Positions 20,614 through 45,140 of a stretch of 64,000 nucleotides of DNA are shown here, one piece after another. A model generated the notes under the pieces. It worked only from the letters and a program-made list of their open reading frames with translations. It was not told the DNA's origin and ran no database searches. The stretch lies in the NCBI RefSeq assembly GCF_009914755.1, contig NC_060943.1; one strand, written 5' to 3'. The translations under genes and the position numbers were made by a program. The stretch's first letter is position 1; each line of letters starts with the position of its first letter. The DNA is from the human T2T-CHM13v2.0 reference genome, Homo sapiens.

Positions 20614-22766
20614 TCATCTGGAAGATGGGGTTAAAAATATCTTTCCTCACAGGGCTGTTTTACGGATCAAGACACAATGTAAAGCTGATGCCAGGCACAC
20701 AGAAGCCCTCGGCTAAAGGCAGCCCCAAATTAACTCAAGACACCCTGGTCCTGCCAGGTCCCCAGCCCCTCCACATCCCCTCCTTGGGGGCAACCAAGAG
20801 AGGGTAGGTCCTGTACCCCATGAAGTGACCCCAATTTGCCTTGGCCCAGCTGGCAAAGAGGGGGTCAGGGACCTTCCCCTGTGAGAGTGGAGACAATTTC
20901 TGGCTTTTCTGAGCCACATGGGGCACATAGGGTGAGGGGGTCCCTGTGAAATGAGGCCACCTGTCACTAGAACAACACAGAGCCACCAGCTCTTGTCTCC
21001 AGCAAACAGTTTTGTTGCAGTACTCATGGGGTTCCCCATTCTATCCCCTTGAGCTCAGAGAAGCAGCCCTCAATCCTATTTGCTGTGGGAGGCTATAAAT
21101 GGCAGAATCTGAGGATGTTGACACTGAGTGAGACAGAGCTGAATTCTGACTCTCAATCGCTGTGCACAGCTCTGGGACTCAGTTTCTTCATCTGTAAAAT
21201 GGGGATATTAAAGGCCCTAGCTCAGAGAGTTTTATATTTTTACCATCAAGGAATCCCAGGCTGATGCCTAGGGAAGTAGCCAAAACAGGGTGGCACAGAG
21301 GAAGTGGCTGATCACCCATCTTGATTCCACAAGGCTACCCAGAGCCTTCTCTGGCCCAGGAAGGTCCAGGGAAGAGGCCCGTCTAGTGGGCATGGGAGCC
21401 ATGTGGATACCTTGGAGCTTCCAGGTCAAGAACAGAGATGGGCTATGTTGATGGAGGTTTGTTTTGTAGCAGTTAGAAGTGAGTTGGACCTCACTTTTGG
21501 CACAGAATTTCCAGTAAACCTGCATTTGTAGTCCTTGGGTATGGACAGAAACTCACGCCATCCCAAAGCTCTTAGGGGGTAGGTTCATCTTGAGGCCCAG
21601 CCAGTACCCCAATCCTCCTTCCTCTGAGAGGCCTGGCCTCCTAGAGCAGAGCCTCTCAACCTCAGTACTACTGACATTTTGGGCTGGGTAACTGGTTGTG
21701 ATGGGGGCTGAGCCAGACACGGATGGTGAGAACTCCAGTTACCTGCTAAACTATCACCTCTTCTGAGGGGTTTTCTAGCCACAGTGACTGCGGAAGGCAC
21801 TGGCAAGATTCTCTCAGTTTCACCTTGGGGAGGAAACACTTAGGGGTCTGTGGACAGAATTCAAGGAGTTCGTGAATTTAGATAGAAAATAATTACCCCT
21901 TTACTTCCTCTTACTTTCACTGGAAGTGGAACATTTTCTTCCATGATGATTGGAGGTGGCAAACCGCAGAATCAGTGACCCCCATTACCAACAGAAATCA
22001 CATATAGTTCACAGATATCATGCAAAGTCTTTTAAGCTTAATACTCCCATGAAATCCCAAGACTTATCCAACCCATCGCTGGGACTTGTTGTTGATGTGT
22101 TATGAAGAATCACATCTCTTAAACGACATCACAACTCCTTAAAAAAAAATTCTGGGCTGGTCACAGTGGCTCATGCCTATAATCCCAGTGACTCTGGAGG
22201 CTGGGGTGGGAGGATCACTAGAGGCCAGTAGCTCGAGGACAGCGTGGGCAATGTGTGAGAACATGTCTCTACCAAAAAAATACAATTAGCTGGGCATGAT
22301 GGTATGTGCTTACAGCCCTAGCTATTCAGGAGGTTGAGGTGGGAGGATCGCTTGAGACCAGGAGTTTGAGCTGCAGTGAGCTATGATTGCATCATCGCAC
22401 TCCAGCTTAGAAGACAGAGCAAAACCCCAAAAAACTGGGATTAGGAGTTTTTGGGAAGAACGCTATATAGGCATAAAATCAAGGGTTACATAATATCCAC
22501 ATCCCTGGGGGATACTAATCTTCATCATTTGGTTAAAGTGGTATCTATCTGTTCCTCCGCTATAAAACTTCTATTTTCCCCTTTACCTACTCTATTCTTC
22601 GGAAATGAGTCACTAAATCCAGCCCACTCTCAAAGTAGGGGAGATTAGTCTCCACCTCCTGGGGCAGTGGGGAGTGAAGTTTACATACTTTAAATGGAAT
22701 TCTTTTGTAAGAAAGATTTGCCTGTTTTTCATTTATCTTGTGTATTTAATAATAAAATAAAAATGA

Positions 22767-22958
<192 letters not shown>

Positions 22959-22961
22959 TGA

Positions 22962-23177
<216 letters not shown>

Positions 23178-23677
23178 TGATCCACCCGCCTCGGCCTCCC
23201 AAAGTGCTGGGATTACAGGCGTGAGCCACCGCATCTGGCTAATTAAAAAAAAAAAATTTTTTAAGATGAGTCTTGCTGTGTTTCCCAGGCTGGTCTTGAA
23301 CTCCTTGTCTCAAACAATCCTCCCACCTCAGCTTCCTAAGTAGCTGGGATTACAGATGTGAGCCACCAAGGCTGGCCATTTATTATTGATGTATCAATCA
23401 ATCAATCAATGATTTATTTTAGTGTGACTCTCTCGACAGATTATGTAAGATAAGGACACCTAGGACACTGTTTGCCTAAGAAAGGTTCATTCTCCTCCCT
23501 TTCTCCCTGCCTCCTGGTCTAGGAATGACCCGAGACCTTCTTCTTTCTCCCCGCTAACCATTTAGCAAGACAAGTTTAATTGGCTCAAGCCAATTTGGGA
23601 GGCTGAGGTTGGTGGATCACTTGAACTTACGAGTTCGAGACCAGCCTGGCCAACATGATGAAACCCCATTTTTACTA

Positions 23678-23968
<291 letters not shown>

Positions 23969-24076
23969 TTACTTATATTTTCATATTTGTACCTTTGAGA
24001 TCATAAGGTTTACCTCCCCTTGATTCCTTTTTAAAAACTCATTTTCCCCTCTTATCATTTCTTCTTTTCTAGACAG

Positions 24077-25352
<1,276 letters not shown>

Positions 25353-26084
25353 CTATTGGGCTTCCCATAGTACATACACATTTGCTTAGTGTCTCCTGCT
25401 TTCTGGGTGATTGATTATTTATCATGTTTACCATTTGCATCTGTCTCTCCTACCAGGGTGGAGATTTTAGTCTGTCTTCTTCGTTGCAGTGTCTCCAATC
25501 ACCTAATCATTGCCTGGCACACAGTAGGTGCTCAATAAATGATTACTGGATAACTGAAAGGATGTTAAGAGAATAAATGTGGTGCCAGGATCTTACAAAG
25601 GGCTGCCTACCCAGGTGGGAAGCCTCTGCGGTACACCTGTGTCCATGGATTCCAAGATGCTTGGAGCGACTGTCTGGACTCTCCGTTGATCTCAACTACT
25701 AGCTTGTTCAGAGCTGGGTAAATGGAGTTGGCTGGCAAGGCCACACCCACTGGCTTCGGCTCCAGCACCAGTCATGGAGGACAAAGATTTCCAGACACTC
25801 TGCTTGCCTATGGCCAAACAGATCGAGGCTCATTCTAGGATAGACCCAGGGCAGGGCTAGCCCAAGGGAGATGGCTGGGCACGAAGGCAGAACCCAAGAG
25901 TGCTCCAACGTAGCAGCTGTGTCCTCCTCAGCAGAAACTCAAAGATGGGCACCTTAGCCCCTGCACCCTGGCATTGACAGACGCTACTCGTTGTTTTAGG
26001 GGTAGAGAGAGGGGTTATCTCACTTTGGGAAGCCCCAGACAAGAGTTCACATGCAAGTCGTTTTATTTAGGAGGAGTTATAAAT

Positions 26085-26876
<792 letters not shown>

Positions 26877-27189
26877 TAAAAGTTCATCCCAGGAAATACC
26901 AGACAGGGAAGGGAAGGTGGCAAGTGAAGGGTGTGTACGTGACCAGGTTAACCCTGCGGGCAACCAGAGCCTGATCCCACTGGAGAGATGCAGGGCAGAG
27001 CAAAACGCCCGACAGGGAGGGAGCTGGGGTATTTATCCACTGACTTCTCCAGGCACTGGATGGGGGCTGCTCCTAGGGGTTGTCCATGCAGGCCAGGTGA
27101 TCACAGCAGCCCCAGAGAGAGGCAGAGAGTGACAGCTGATTGCAGTATAAGGCATCCCCGTCCTCAAGGAACCTTGGTCTTCTGACCCA

Positions 27190-27420
27190 GGGTTTCCTGA
27201 CAGAAACCTTACTGACATTTGGGCCTGGATCATTCTCTATGGTGGGGCAGAGGTGGGGGATGCTGTGCATTGTAGAATGTTGAGTAGCATCCGTGGCCTT
27301 TACCCACTTGATGCCAATAGCATCCTCCTTCTTCCCATCCAGTTGTGACAACCAAAAATGTCTGCAGCCACTGCCAAGTGTCCCCTGGGGGCAGAAATCA
27401 TCCCTGGGCGAGAAGCTGTG
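27190..27420 (-). mobile_element. MER20 (hAT-Charlie)
   Basis: ccagttgtgacaaccaaaaatgtctgcagccactgccaagtgtcccctgggggcagaa is the reverse complement of the MER20 core. Confidence 0.8.
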
Positions 27421-28630
27421 TTCTAGGTTCACATTAAGGCCAAATCATTGCATGGGCTGCTAACCAAAGGACGAGGGTGGGATGTAAATGTGTGGAAAGT
27501 GCTAGAAAGCTACTCTGAGTTAGTGGTTAATAGCAGGGCCAGCGAGGGGAATAAAGTAAGACCTCTCACACCTCACTCCACTTCCTCAGGCACTGCTGGA
27601 GCTGTTCTAATGAAAAATTCATGCACATTTCTAAAAGGAACACCATGCAGGGTGGGGAATTTGACTTACACGGAGGTCACCCCGGGCCAGGATCAGTTCT
27701 AAACACTTCATGCGAATCCACCTTACTTAGTCCTCGTGCCTTGTGAGGTGGGACTATGCTTCTCTTCGTTTTGCACATGTGGAAATAGTGGCACAGAGAG
27801 GCCAAGCACCTTGCCGAAGGCTGCACAGCAAGGAAGTGGAAGAGTCGGAAGGAACCCAGACAGGCTGACACCTGAGTCTCTGCTCTTAACCACTCAGTTT
27901 GTGTCCCCAGAGGTGGCTTAGCTCTAAGCTTAGAGGCTTCCAAGGGAAACACCCATTGGACAATGATGTTTATAACCGAGCCCTCTGGAAATTCATGCTT
28001 CCTGTCCCACCACTGGGCACGCCCCCAGCATCTTAATCTGAACCCCCAGACGCTTTCTCTGGTCATCCAACCCTGTGACATATCCCTTTTTTATGCTCAC
28101 AATTTTTTTCAGCTCCCATTCCCCACTCCCATTCTCTCCCTGAGTTCCCAGCCTTCTCCATTTCCCAGTCTCTTTCCCTCTCAGGAGGGTTCATTTCCTG
28201 CTGGAACCTCCTCTCACACCAGCCTTGCAAAGTAAAAACCTAGAACCCACAAAAATTCCCCAGTGAGTTTTGGCCAATTGGGCTGACCCTTTGTCCAAGC
28301 TGTTTGCAGGTGACGGCCAAGAGAGGGCCTGAGCTCGGATCTGCTGCATGTTCCCAGAGATGCTACACTCAGACGAGGTTTTCATGCAAATTAGAACACC
28401 ATGTCCCTTCCCCACATCCTTTTTTCTGTCAATAAATTATCAGGATAACAGTAGAAATCGTATGTTGTCTATGATATGAATGACATTCTTGTGCAGTGCG
28501 TGACAGGCGCAACTGTTCATGTGGCTCCTTTTGCTGCCTACTCCCAACTAAAACGGGCCTTTGTTGATCAGGATTACAAGGATGAGTTTTTGCAAATCTC
28601 CCTCCACCCACAAGTGGGGAAATTCCTTAA

Positions 28631-28761
28631 CCCATTTATGCCGGAGGTTGCAATTTTTGTGTGTGTGAAAAATCCGACCTTAGTGATGACCTTGAGCAGC
28701 AGGATGTAAATAACTCCCACAGGATTAGCATTCCAATAATGGAACACTAGGCATAAATGGG
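28631..28761 (-). mobile_element. MER85 (piggyBac/PGBD3-derived MITE)
   Basis: 12-bp TIRs cccatttatgcc / ggcataaatggg, left TTAA, and internal palindrome attccaataatggaac at 28730-28745. Confidence 0.9.
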
Positions 28762-30972
28762 TTGTTAAGGAACATACACTAGGACCAAGAGGAAAGTTCA
28801 GCTTCTCTATGTACAGGAGGAGGAAGCCAGGTATTGCTCCCGGGTCAGGCCAACCGCTGGCCTAAACTTCAATGGTAATTTCAGCCCTTAGGGCAGGTGA
28901 AGAGGAGACCTCCACTGGTCAACAGAGCTGTGTGTATGGAGCAGCCCCAGGGTGCTCTATGGGGTCACTACAGTTGTGGCATCCTTGTGTTTGATCCTGA
29001 ATCCTTGGCTCTGCCCCACTCCAGCTGCTGACAAGTGACCTGCCTGGGGACTGCTTACCTGCATAGTAGGTGAGGGAAGGTGAACTGTGGTGAGGACAGA
29101 GTGGGGTTTAAAACTTGCACACCTAAATATCTATCAAAATTATAAATGCATTTAGGCTGGGTGCAGTGGCTCACACCTGTAATCCTAGCACTTTGGGAGG
29201 CTGAGGCAGGAGGATTGCTTGAGGCCAGGAGTCTGAGAGCAGCCTGGGAAACATAGTGAGACCCCATCTCTATAAAATTGTTCTTAAAAATTAGCTAGGT
29301 ATGGTGGTGTGTGCCTGTGGTCCCAGCTACTCAGGAGGCTGGGGTGGGAGGATCACCTGAGCCCAGGAGTTTAAGGCTGCAGTGAGCTATGATTACACCA
29401 CTGCGCTCCAGCCTGGACGACAGAGGGAGACCTTGTCTCCAAAAAAACAAAACAAAAATCTTCCCCAAAAATAAAATTATAAATGCATTTAGTCTTTGAT
29501 CCTGCAATCCCACTTCTGGGAATGGAGACCCTCCAACCCCCTAGCTATATCTGCAAAAGTATGAAGAGGTACGTGCAACATGCTCCTGGCAGAGCAGCAT
29601 CATGTTCCATGTCAGTGGACAGGAAGCCAGTCAAGCATTTCTCTTAATGGCAAACAAATAAAACTATGGGCAGCCACACAATAGAATGCTATGCAGCTGT
29701 GCAAAAGAATAAAGAAGGCCAGGCGTGGTGGCTCACGCCTGTAATCCCAGCACTTTGGGAGGCAGAGGCGGGAGGATTGCTTGAGCCCAGGAGTTCCAGA
29801 CCTGCCTGGGCAACACGGAAGAACCCTGTCTCTACAAAAATTAGCTGGGCATACTAGTGTGCACCCGTGAAGAGACTGTCCATGTCCTGCAGTGGAAAGA
29901 TCTCTAGAACGTGTGGTTATGAGAAAACAAAAATCACAGAATTGAACAGCATGTATAGAATGCTACTCCTTGGGATAAGAAAGAGGGGGGAGGACATAGA
30001 TTCGATTATGCTTATAATTATAATTGCATAAATAAACACTGGAAGGATATTCTGAGGAACTAAAGGGGTTGCATATTGTGGGAAGAGGAAGTAGCATGCA
30101 AGTGGGGGCAGGGATACATCTTTCCAGAAACATCCCTAACATTTTTAAGATCTAGGGCAAGAGTACAAAAGCAGACCACATACTACGGGGAAATATTGAA
30201 AAGGTAACTAAATAAAACATGCTGTGTGCTTCTACTTTGCAAATATACCTTCCTTTACACTTTGGAAGGTCAGGGTGGAATTTAGAATCCGGATATCTGC
30301 ACTGGGTCAAGGTGTGGGGAGAGCCAGCCCTGTCCTGTCCCTTTCTCTTCTTAGTCATGGCTCTGTCCTGCCAGAGGGGCTCCACACATATGTGTGGGCA
30401 TTCCAGCTTGTACATCCAAGCTCTGGCCACATTTGTGTTAACAGCCACCCCTCGGATGTCCTTGGCCCTCAGTTGGGTTACGAACAGATCCATATGAGAA
30501 TTGCACGCAAGTTCATGGAATCTGGCCATGGGCAGGGAATTCCAGGATCCTGGTAACTTAAAACATGGCCTACAAAGTGGGGCACAAGCTCTTGGTAGAC
30601 ACATCCCCTTGGCTCCAGGAACTTCTCATCCCACGGGGAGTGGTATGGCTGGAGAAGGACTGGGTGAGCCTCAGGGCAGGGACCCCTCGCCTACGTCCAA
30701 AGATATTACTCTATCTTTTATCTGTGTTGGTTTTTGGATCACATAACCTTTCCGTATTCAAAAATCTAAAATTATATCTAAACACTTGCACAATGAAAAA
30801 TGATGTTGCATCTGGGGGCCCTCCAGACTTCTATGCCCTATAGTTAGAGTTCTGCTCATGAGCCCCTGTAATCTTCAAAAGCCTGAGCCTCAGGCCAGCT
30901 TCAGTGGGGCTGTGTTGTCCTTGGGCTGCCTTTCCCAGCTCAGGGTCCCTCCATTGCAGCCTTGGAGTCTCA

Positions 30973-32540
<1,568 letters not shown>

Positions 32541-33244
32541 TTTCTTCTTGGGATGTACTGGGCTCAGGGAGCTGTTCTGGGGGTGAGGGACACCAGTACA
32601 CACAGTTCCTACCCTTGCCTAAGGGTAAGGAACAGGAGCTGAGCTTTCTCCCCAAATAGCAGGAGGCAGGCTGTGAAAATGCCACAAGGAGAGAGAAACG
32701 TGCCAACAGACACCCCTTTTGCTGGAAACCAAAGACAGCTTCCTGGGGAGGTGGCAGTCAGGCTGAACGCTAAAGGTCAGTCCAAATCTTAAGGTATTGA
32801 TGGGGTAGGGAGGCAGGAAAGCTCACATCTGGGAGTGTCCTCATTTTACCAGCACAGCGGGTCTGAGAGGACCTTATTCTGTGAGCGATGCTTTTGAAGG
32901 TTTTCAAAGACGACCGTGGCATTGTCGGACAAGAAAACAAACAGCTGAGTGTGTGTAAACTCAAGCTTCCTACTCAACAAAAATATCTCTCAATGTATGT
33001 GCTACAGACTTCGCAGCACCAATTCTCTGCTCCCTTGACTGAGCACACAGCAGAGGGAAATAAACCAATGCTGAATGAATGAATCTTGTTGGCCTTTCAA
33101 GCTCTGGCTGAATAGAAACTCCAAGTCTAGCCTCGCCATGAACTTAAGTTGTTGGAAACGCCTTCCTCACTTATGCTGGACTTGGTACATGAACTATTAT
33201 TTGATAAATACAGGTTGGAAGGCAAAAATCTTTTAAACATAAGG

Positions 33245-35797
<2,553 letters not shown>

Positions 35798-35859
35798 TCA
35801 CCTTCCACAAGGTACCACTCACAATGCATTGAGGCAATAACCCTTTTCTGGCCCAACTC

Positions 35860-36590
<731 letters not shown>

Positions 36591-36685
36591 TCTCAGAGGC
36601 TATTTCACTCACTGCCTCTCCTGTAGTGCTCTCTGAAGGAGACGGTCCTCCCAGCTGCCAGGAGAAAGAAGCACACCCCTGCCTA

Positions 36686-37015
<330 letters not shown>

Positions 37016-37103
37016 TTAAGCACCCAGGAGCCTGGGGATTGGGCAATGGTGAAGGAAGCACCACACGGAGGCTGATCCTTATCATGGGAACAACACTTCC
37101 TAG

Positions 37104-37286
<183 letters not shown>

Positions 37287-37388
37287 TAGAGATGGGGTCT
37301 TGCTATGTTGCCCAGGCTGGCCTGAAACCCCTGGTCTCCAAGGACTCAAACTCCTCAGCCTCCTAAAGTGCTAGGATTATAGGTGTGA

Positions 37389-37577
<189 letters not shown>

Positions 37578-37807
37578 TAGTGGAGACAGGGTTTCACCGT
37601 GTTAGCCAGGATGGTCTCGATCTCCTGACCTCGTGATCCACCCGCCTCGGTCTTCCAAAGTTCTGGGATTACAGACGTGAGTCTCCACGCCTGGCCTTAT
37701 TATTTTTTAAAAAGCACTTTTAACTTTAAAGTATTTATTTATTTATTTATTTTAATTAGCCAGGCATGATGGTGCATGCCTGTAGTCCTAGCTACTCTAG
37801 GGACTGA

Positions 37808-38338
<531 letters not shown>

Positions 38339-38528
38339 TGAGGTGGCCATACATGTAAAGTCACTCTCATTTTACAGAAGTGGGAAGCAAGGCTAACAGA
38401 GATGCTGTGATTCACCCAGAGAATGCATGAGAAATGGCAGAACTAGGCAGGGCGCGGCGGCGGTTCACGCCTCTAATCCCAGCACTTTGGGAAGCCGAGG
38501 CCAGCGGATTAACGAGGTCAGGAGTTCA

Positions 38529-38942
<414 letters not shown>

Positions 38943-39010
38943 TCAGGAGATCGAGACCATCCTGGCTAATATGGTGAAACCCCGTCTCTACTAAAAATAC
39001 AAAAAAATTA

Positions 39011-39328
<318 letters not shown>

Positions 39329-39779
39329 TCATGGCGGCTGAATTACTCTGGGCTTCAAATCCTTTTGGGAGAGGAAGGGGTTAATACTGAAATTCGCATC
39401 CTGCACTAAAAGTTCCACTGTTGTAAGACTCGAAGAATGTTAATAATAATAATAGCTGGCCAAGCGTGGTGGCTCACACCTGTAATCCCAGCACTTTGGG
39501 AGGCTGAGGCGGGTGGATCACTTGAACTCAGGAGTTTGAGACCAGCCTGAGCAGCGTGGTGAAACCCTGTCTCTACAAAATACAAAAAAATTAACTGGGC
39601 ATGGTGCTGTGTGCCTGGAGTCCCAGCTATTTGGGAGGCTGAGATGGTAGGATTGCTTGAGTCTGGGGAGGTTGAGGCTGTACTGAGCTGTGATTGCACC
39701 ACTGCACTCCAGCCTGGCGACAGAGCAAGAGCCTTAGTTAGTATTTCTCTGCCTATCATTGGCTTTTTTTTTTTTTTGA

Positions 39780-39986
<207 letters not shown>

Positions 39987-40171
39987 TAACCACTATGGTA
40001 TCTACTAGGAAAGTCTATGATCAAAATGAAGGTTCAAACATATAGCCTGAGGCTTTGCTTCTTGATTGCAGGAACTTCCCATGGCTCTTGATGGGTGGAG
40101 ACCACAGTAAGAGAGGGAAGCTGTCAGGATAGCTCGAGGGGCCATGCCACTCCAAGGGCTTAAAAATGTAA

Positions 40172-40524
<353 letters not shown>

Positions 40525-40539
40525 TTAAGGTGCTGGATA

Positions 40540-40930
40540 CTCTTGGTGTCTGGCCAAGATCCCATTTTCTTTCTGGTGTACCCGCCCTCCAGCTGCTATG
40601 GATGTTGGTTGCTAATGCCTCCCAGCTGCCTCTCTTCTTAGTAGAATTGCCCTTGGTGATCAAAAGCTATCTCACCTGGGAGCTACTGCGTCTCTACCTC
40701 CCATCCACAGTGACTGACTATAGAAGTACAAAAGGCCGGCATCCTTGCCATGCATTGGAGGACAACTCTGGTGTCACACACACTCCAGCTGAAATTGCGT
40801 CCCTGCTCTATCCATTCCCCAGCCCCACCCTGCTGATCTCCTGCTGTCTCTCCCAAGAGCCGTCCCCCAATAAAGCAGGTGCATCTGAACACCCACCTAA
40901 GTATCCGCTTCAAGGGAACCTGACCTAGTC
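40540..40930 (+). mobile_element. LTR33-like ERVL LTR
   Basis: tgactgacta...gtacaaaaggcc...ggacaactctg...caataaa...agggaacctgacctag. Confidence 0.5.
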
Positions 40931-41495
40931 ATCCACTTACTAGTGAATTCCAAACCTCAGCTTCTCCATCTGTAAATGGGGACTGCAATAGTACCTCCCT
41001 CATACGATTAGATGAGAGAGTTCACACACAGTGAAGTACCTGGTAAGTCATAGGTGGTCATTAAACAGAGACTCTTGTTACTACTGCTATTATAATATAC
41101 ATATATTTTTTGAGACAGGGTCACACTTTGTTGCCCAGGCTGGTGTTGAACTCCTAGCCTCAGGCAATCGTCCTGCCTTGGCCTCCCAAAGTGCTGGGAT
41201 TACAGGTGTGAGCCACTGCACCTGGCTCTTTTGACTATTAGATTTGGGATGGCCCTTAATTTAATATGATGCAGGCATCTGCTGGGATCTTGCAGAGACC
41301 TTGGATAGAAGTGTCTTCTTTCTACAAAAAGATCCTGCTGGTGATCCTCTGGGAAATCTTACTCTTTAAACCTGGGTAGCAATGAACCGGAAGAACGAAG
41401 CCAATAAAATGTAAAATGGTGATAATAAAAGAGACTACTTCACAGGCTTGTTGGGAGGATAAAGGACTTTAAAAAAATGGAAATACTTAGAATAA

Positions 41496-41795
<300 letters not shown>

Positions 41796-43110
41796 TAGGA
41801 TTATAGGCATGAGCCACTGCACCCAGCCTATAAATTGTTTGTTTTTAAACTTTTTGTTGTCTGTTTTTTTGAGACAAGGTTTCACTCTGTTGTCCAGGCT
41901 GGAGTGCAGTGGTGCTATCACAGCTCACTGCAGCCTTGACCTCCTGGGCTCAGATCCTCCTGCCTCAGCCTTTTAAGTAGCTGGGACTACAGGTGTGCAC
42001 CATCATGCCTGCTAATTTTTTTTTTTTTTTGAGACAGGGTTTCGCCATGTTGCCCAGGCTGGTCTTAAAACTCCTGAGCTCGCTCTATCTGCCCGCTTCG
42101 GTCTCCCAAAGTGCTGGGATTCCAGGTGTGAGCCACTGTGCCCAGTCAACCTGGCTAATTTCTAAAAAAAAAAAAAAATTTGTAGATATTGGCGGGGGGG
42201 TGGGGGTGGTGTTCCTCACAATGTTGCCCAGGCTGGTCTCGAACTTGTGGCCTCAAGTGATCCTCCCAAAGTGCTGGAATTACAGGCATGAGCCACCATG
42301 CCTGGCTAAATTATTATTATTAACCAAGACAAGAAGATAGAAAAAGGACAGCCCTGTTTTATTTTTGCTTTTTACATTTTTTTTTGGCTCAACCTATACT
42401 TAATCTTGACCCTGCATATGGCAGCCACCCTTAAACGGGGACTAGATGTATCTGTGGAGAATGAGAAAGCAGCAAGGAATGAGTATGAATTTTAGAGCTC
42501 ATTACTGTCCACTCTAAGAATTCAGGTGAGTAATTTAACCTCCTTAAGCCTCAACCGTCTCATCTGTAAAATGGGTGTTCGCTGGGTGACTGTGAGGATG
42601 AAATAAGGTAATTCATGTAAAGTCCTTCTGTAGTGCCCTGCACGCAGCAGGCACTCATTAAATGGGAATGGTCATTGCCACCAGTGGTACGGCCCAGGCT
42701 TGGAGTCACACTTGCTCACTCCTAGTTCTGCCACTTCTCAGCCACAAAACCCTGCTCCAATGTTTCAGCCACTCTGAGCCTCAGTTTCCCCCTCCATAAA
42801 ATAGAGACATCAGTCCTATCAACTTCATAGGGCTGTGAGTACTGAATGAGATCACACGTGGTGCTTAGCATGGCTCCCGATAGACAGTAGGTGCTCAATA
42901 AATGGGTGTGGCTCCTAGTTTGCTTTCAGGAGCTCATGGGGAGCTACAGTCATATTCCTAGGGGGTTCCCTATAGGGAGTCCCAAAGAAGAGACTGCCCT
43001 CACACAGGCTGGTGGCAGGATGTGGCCTCCTGAGATGCTCTGCATAGGGGAAACTGAGGGCTCCTGGGGCCCGTGAGCAAACCCCTTGTCAGGGTCGGAA
43101 ACTCACGCAC

Positions 43111-43202
43111 TTGGGATTCCAGACACCAGCTTGAGCGGCCGCAGCACTCGAACTGCCCTCAGCGTCCGTAGGTCAAACTCCGTCCCAACTGTCGCCAAGA
43201 TG
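43111..43202 (-). CDS. CACNA1A: CACNA1A coding exon 4 (92 nt): [30 protein letters not shown], domain I S3-S4 voltage sensor
   Basis: Minus strand tttcag|CATCTTGGCG...GGAATCCCAA|gtgcgt. The R-x-x-R S4 motif is present and the frame continues into exon 5. The codon CGG at 43166-43168 matches R192 (FHM1 R192Q site) and is wild type. Confidence 0.97.
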
Positions 43203-43604
43203 CTGAAAGAAAGAAGCCAGAATGGAGAACAGAGGGTGGGTTTTGGGGGTCAGACAGCAGGGCGGGGGTGCTTGGGATTCCAAGCTGTCCTGTATTGGTT
43301 GGGTGACCACAGGCAGGTGACTCGACACCACTGGCCTCAGTTTTGTCACCTGTAAAATGGTCTTAACAGTACCTGCCTCACGGGATAAAAGGTGATTTAC
43401 GAAGACCCCCAACAGATGGTTCATGTTGCACAAATGTTGCAATGAGAGAAATGGAATCTTCCCCATGGCTCAAGGTTGGGGTGACATTCAGTATATTTCA
43501 CAACCTACAATGACAATAGATTGTGGGGTGGCCTGGGGCCCTGGGGGAATGGCAGACCTTTCGGGGTTTGTGGCTCTTTATTTTATTTTATTTTATTTTT
43601 TTGA

Positions 43605-44045
<441 letters not shown>

Positions 44046-44789
44046 TAACCTGGATAACAATAGTATCAATACCTCCAAGGGTTGTGAGGATTCAGTAAGT
44101 TGACAAAAAGTGGTCAGCACAATGCCAGGCACACAGGTTACCGGTATGCTAACCTATTCAGAAATAAATAAGAAAACAAAAAAATGGGTGTGATCCTGCT
44201 TGTGTGGACCAGCCAGCATCAGCTGGCTAGAAGGCAGCTACAGACCCCAAGCCTCTGGTCAAAAAGAGTCCCTTTTGTAAATGCAAGTTAGTAAGGATGA
44301 TAGCAGTAGGTGGGATGAGGCTTCCATAGAAACCCTCCGAGCAAGACCCTGTCATGAGACCTCATTTGTAAAAGTATTGCTGTTGAAACACAGGGTCCCA
44401 CCTGGCCCTGTTTCCTGAACATGTCCATTTCAGAGCTAAGTGATGCACAGTGCGTGGTCAAGGCACAATACAATAAAAGAGACTGTCATCAGAACTTCAT
44501 ATAATGGACAAGAAATGCTGAACACCAGAGGGTCTGTGGTTAATGGAAGGTTGGTCACAGCAAATAACTTGGGGATTTTTCAGTTTATTTTTATTTTAGA
44601 CATGGGGTCTTGCTCTGATGCCCAGGCTGGAATGCAGTGGTGCAATCATAGCTCGCTACAGCATTGAACTCCTGGGCTCAAGCAATCCTCCTGCCTTAGC
44701 CTACTGAGTAGCTGGGATTACAGGTGGGAACCACCACATCTGGCTTGATTTTTCAGTTTTATCCAGGGGCTTGGGTCTTAACACTTCAG

Positions 44790-45140
44790 TCTGTGGCCAA
44801 CTGGTATCTGTTCCTCTTGCCTTAGGGCTGTCTCCAAATCTGGGGCAGGCCCAGGGAATGAACTTTAAGGGAGCAGCCCTCAACCAAAGATTGCTGGGAG
44901 TTGGTGGATCAATACCGCAGCTCCCTCACCCTTCATTCTGGATCACTTAAGAGGTGAGTTCCACGTGGGCTCCCAGTAGGACGGAGCTCAGTTGCCTACA
45001 GGACAACTCACCCTTCCTTGCCCCACCTCCCCTCTCCTTCTCCAACCCTTCTGGGGTCACCTCTCAGATGAACTACTTGCACAAGGATTGCCCTAAATTC
45101 TTGTTTCAGGATCTATTCTGGGTCATCCTAAACTAACACA
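44790..45140 (+). mobile_element. LTR16-like ERVL LTR fragment
   Basis: ggagcagccctcaacca...gggagttggtggatcaataccgcagctccctcacccc. Confidence 0.6.
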
